Of a DNA stretch of 64,000 nt, positions 61,970 to 64,000 are shown piece after piece. Both the position numbers and the translations under genes were made by a program. The stretch's first letter is position 1; the number at the start of each line of letters is the position of its first letter. The notes beneath the pieces are model-generated. The model saw nothing but the letters and a program-made list of their open reading frames with translations, had not been told where the DNA came from and ran no database searches. Source of the stretch: an uncultured delta proteobacterium (lineage in GTDB: Bacteria; Desulfobacterota; Binatia; UBA9968); contig CAVSHR010000005.1 in NCBI GenBank assembly GCA_963727625.1, positions 704,001-768,000 on the forward strand, given 5' to 3'.

Positions 61970-63733
61970 CTAGGCGACAGCCGCATAATCGTTTGGCCCG
62001 CCGCCGTCCAAGCTCAGTTGTTGGCGACCGGCTTTGTCGCGCTCCGCTTGAAATACCGCCTGAGAAATTCGCGCATCGATTTGCGCGGCGAGTCCATCGA
62101 TATCGAGCCCATCCGCTATCGTCGGCATTTCTATGGCCGACACGGAGCTGCGAACTCGACAATTCGCGGCGCGAAATTGCTTGCCGCGGCAGATTTCTTT
62201 TTCGACTCGCGCTGCAAGCTCTCGGCCCGACTCCAGGTCCTTCGCTTGGAGCAAATGAAAAAGTCCGCGCTCGCCCGCCAAGAAAATGTTGGGAAAGAGT
62301 GCTGCCCGCTGCGGCAGTTCCATCTGATTTAAGGCGAGCCAGGTGGTTTCATGCACGGCTTTGGCCACATCCAGAGAAGTCGCAGAATCGTATAACAATT
62401 CCACGGCAATGAGCGACAAAACGTTGGCCGCCGGGCCCTCTTGTTTCAGCAAGGACTGCAACACCTGTTGGAGCGAGAACAGCGGCACTATAAAATGGAA
62501 CTGCGTACCTTTGCCCTCTTCGCTTTCCAGCCAAATTCTGCCTCCCTGCCGTACCACCAACTCCTTGGTAATGTGCAGTCCCAAGCCCAGGCCTTTTCGA
62601 TTGCTTTCGAAGGTATTCTCCACCTGATAGAGGCGGTCGAAAATCTTTTCGGCGTCTGCCGGACTAATGCCGCAACCGGTATCGGCGACGGATACATGGA
62701 TAAACTCGCGGTCTTCCTCAAAGACCTCCGCGCACACCGTGATTTGACCGCCTTTGGGTGTAAACTTTAGTGCGTTATCGACCAGATTGGTAAGGATCTG
62801 TTTGACTCTGCGCGGGTCGACATAGAGCAGCGGCAAGTCGCCGGGAATGTTCTCCAATAGCTCGACCCCCTTGTGGCGCGCGTTTGCCGAGAAAATCCCC
62901 AGGGTCTCGGCGACGGACAAACCCAACGACACGCCGCTCGGGTGCACCGCCAACTTGCCGTTCTCGGCCCGGGTCGCTTCGAGCAAATCCCCGACCATCG
63001 CTTGCAACTGTTTAACGTTGCGCAGCGCAACTTCGAGATATTCCTTCTGCTCCGGTTTCAGCTCCCCGGCTAACCCGTCTAAAACAATCGTGACGAACTG
63101 GTACACGGCGGTAAGCGGAGTGCGCAGTTCGTGCGAGACGTTGGAGAAAAACTGGTCTTTGGTCAAGAGCTGCTGCCGGCGGTTCATCTCGAGCGCGGCA
63201 ACCTTGCGCTTTTCTCGTTTTACTTGGTCGGCCAAGTAGCCGTAGACAAGCGAGGAACCGAGCAGCAACGGAATTCTTAACAATGTATTGGAGTCGAGCG
63301 AGAACTGGGAGCCTGTCGAGACCGGGATGATGAATACTGAAAAAATTCCGACAACCAAGCAGCCGCCAATGATTTGCAGGAGGTTTTCGCCGATCGCCGC
63401 TATCAAGACGCCGGAGAAAAACACTAAGATAAGATCCCAGGGACTCTGCCGGTTGATAATAACTGCCAAACAAATCAGCACCGTGTCGACGGCAACCATG
63501 ACTTGCGGAAACGCGCGATGCGCGAAGACACGCTCAGGAAGACGCAAGAAAACCAGCATCAAGGTCAAGGGCGCAGCGAGCATCAAGAGGCTCAAGGAAT
63601 CTTGCACCAACCGATCCTCTTGCACGAGCAGCAGGTAAGAGCAGGCGATGACGACAAACCATTGGATTTGAATCAAATCACGCCGTCGCTCGCTGCCGTT
63701 CGTAATCCCCAAATGTAAAACAGTCGATAACAT
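61970..63733 (-). CDS. Membrane histidine kinase with C-terminal extension
   Basis: TM sensor, VSHELRTPLT, DNALKFT, DTGCGI, GLGLGL, plus ~165 extra C-terminal residues. Confidence 0.88.
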   Translation of the reverse strand: MLSTVLHLGITNGSERRRDLIQIQWFVVIACSYLLLVQEDRLVQDSLSLLMLAAPLTLMLVFLRLPERVFAHRAFPQVMVAVDTVLICLAVIINRQSPWDLILVFFSGVLIAAIGENLLQIIGGCLVVGIFSVFIIPVSTGSQFSLDSNTLLRIPLLLGSSLVYGYLADQVKREKRKVAALEMNRRQQLLTKDQFFSNVSHELRTPLTAVYQFVTIVLDGLAGELKPEQKEYLEVALRNVKQLQAMVGDLLEATRAENGKLAVHPSGVSLGLSVAETLGIFSANARHKGVELLENIPGDLPLLYVDPRRVKQILTNLVDNALKFTPKGGQITVCAEVFEEDREFIHVSVADTGCGISPADAEKIFDRLYQVENTFESNRKGLGLGLHITKELVVRQGGRIWLESEEGKGTQFHFIVPLFSLQQVLQSLLKQEGPAANVLSLIAVELLYDSATSLDVAKAVHETTWLALNQMELPQRAALFPNIFLAGERGLFHLLQAKDLESGRELAARVEKEICRGKQFRAANCRVRSSVSAIEMPTIADGLDIDGLAAQIDARISQAVFQAERDKAGRQQLSLDGGGPNDYAAVA

Positions 63734-63764
63734 TGCGTAATTACCGTTGCCGAATCCAAGTTCC

Positions 63765-63779
63765 GCAATTGCCGCGCCC
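63765..63779 (-). promoter_or_regulatory. Weak candidate sigma54 promoter
   Basis: Minus strand GGGCGCGGCAATTGC (GG-N10-GC), about 30 nt upstream of the start at 63733. Confidence 0.3.
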
Positions 63780-64000
63780 CATCGCGCGGTCCACCCGGTC
63801 GAGAAAGGTTGCTACAAGCTCTATTTCCCGTTGCGTTAGTCGATCCTACTTGGACCACCCTTAATGATTGTTGGCCTTTTGCGATCCCTTGTTTATTAAG
63901 GCAATATCCAGACCAACTCCGGTGGAACCCGTCCAGTCCCGTGGAGATCTAAATTTGTCGCTCTATTTTCAGCTATTTACAGAAGCACGGCCAGTCCTAA

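Overview
GC-rich bacterial DNA. The gene content and repeat style suggest a Deltaproteobacteria-like lineage such as Ca. Binatia, but that is inference. Four blocks are present. (1) 1-11 kb, minus strand: the 5' end of a type I restriction subunit (hsdR, missed by the ORF track), azlD/azlC, an MBL-fold hydrolase, an orphan NitT/TauT solute-binding protein, two paralogous hydantoinase B/oxoprolinase genes, one hydantoinase A gene and a small unknown protein. An ~820 bp insert interrupts this block: three nested inverted-repeat pairs enclosing a DUF559 endonuclease and a GIY-YIG remnant. (2) 11-15.6 kb: selA-selB-selD, where selD itself has an in-frame UGA (Sec) and a candidate SECIS. (3) 15.7-39.1 kb: an alpha-glucan/trehalose cluster (malQ, glgA, glgC, GH57, then convergent treZ, glgX, treY, glgE, treS-mak, glgB) with a CdaA-CdaR-like diadenylate cyclase fusion in its middle. 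(4) 39.7-63.7 kb: a 24 kb signalling island with 7 histidine kinases and 6 response regulators, containing reused GAF and membrane sensor modules and candidate sigma54 promoters. Short heptamer/octamer inverted arrays occur between genes and once in frame inside a kinase. No rRNA, tRNA, CRISPR array or transposase was recognised. All calls were made by eye from motifs, without database searches.
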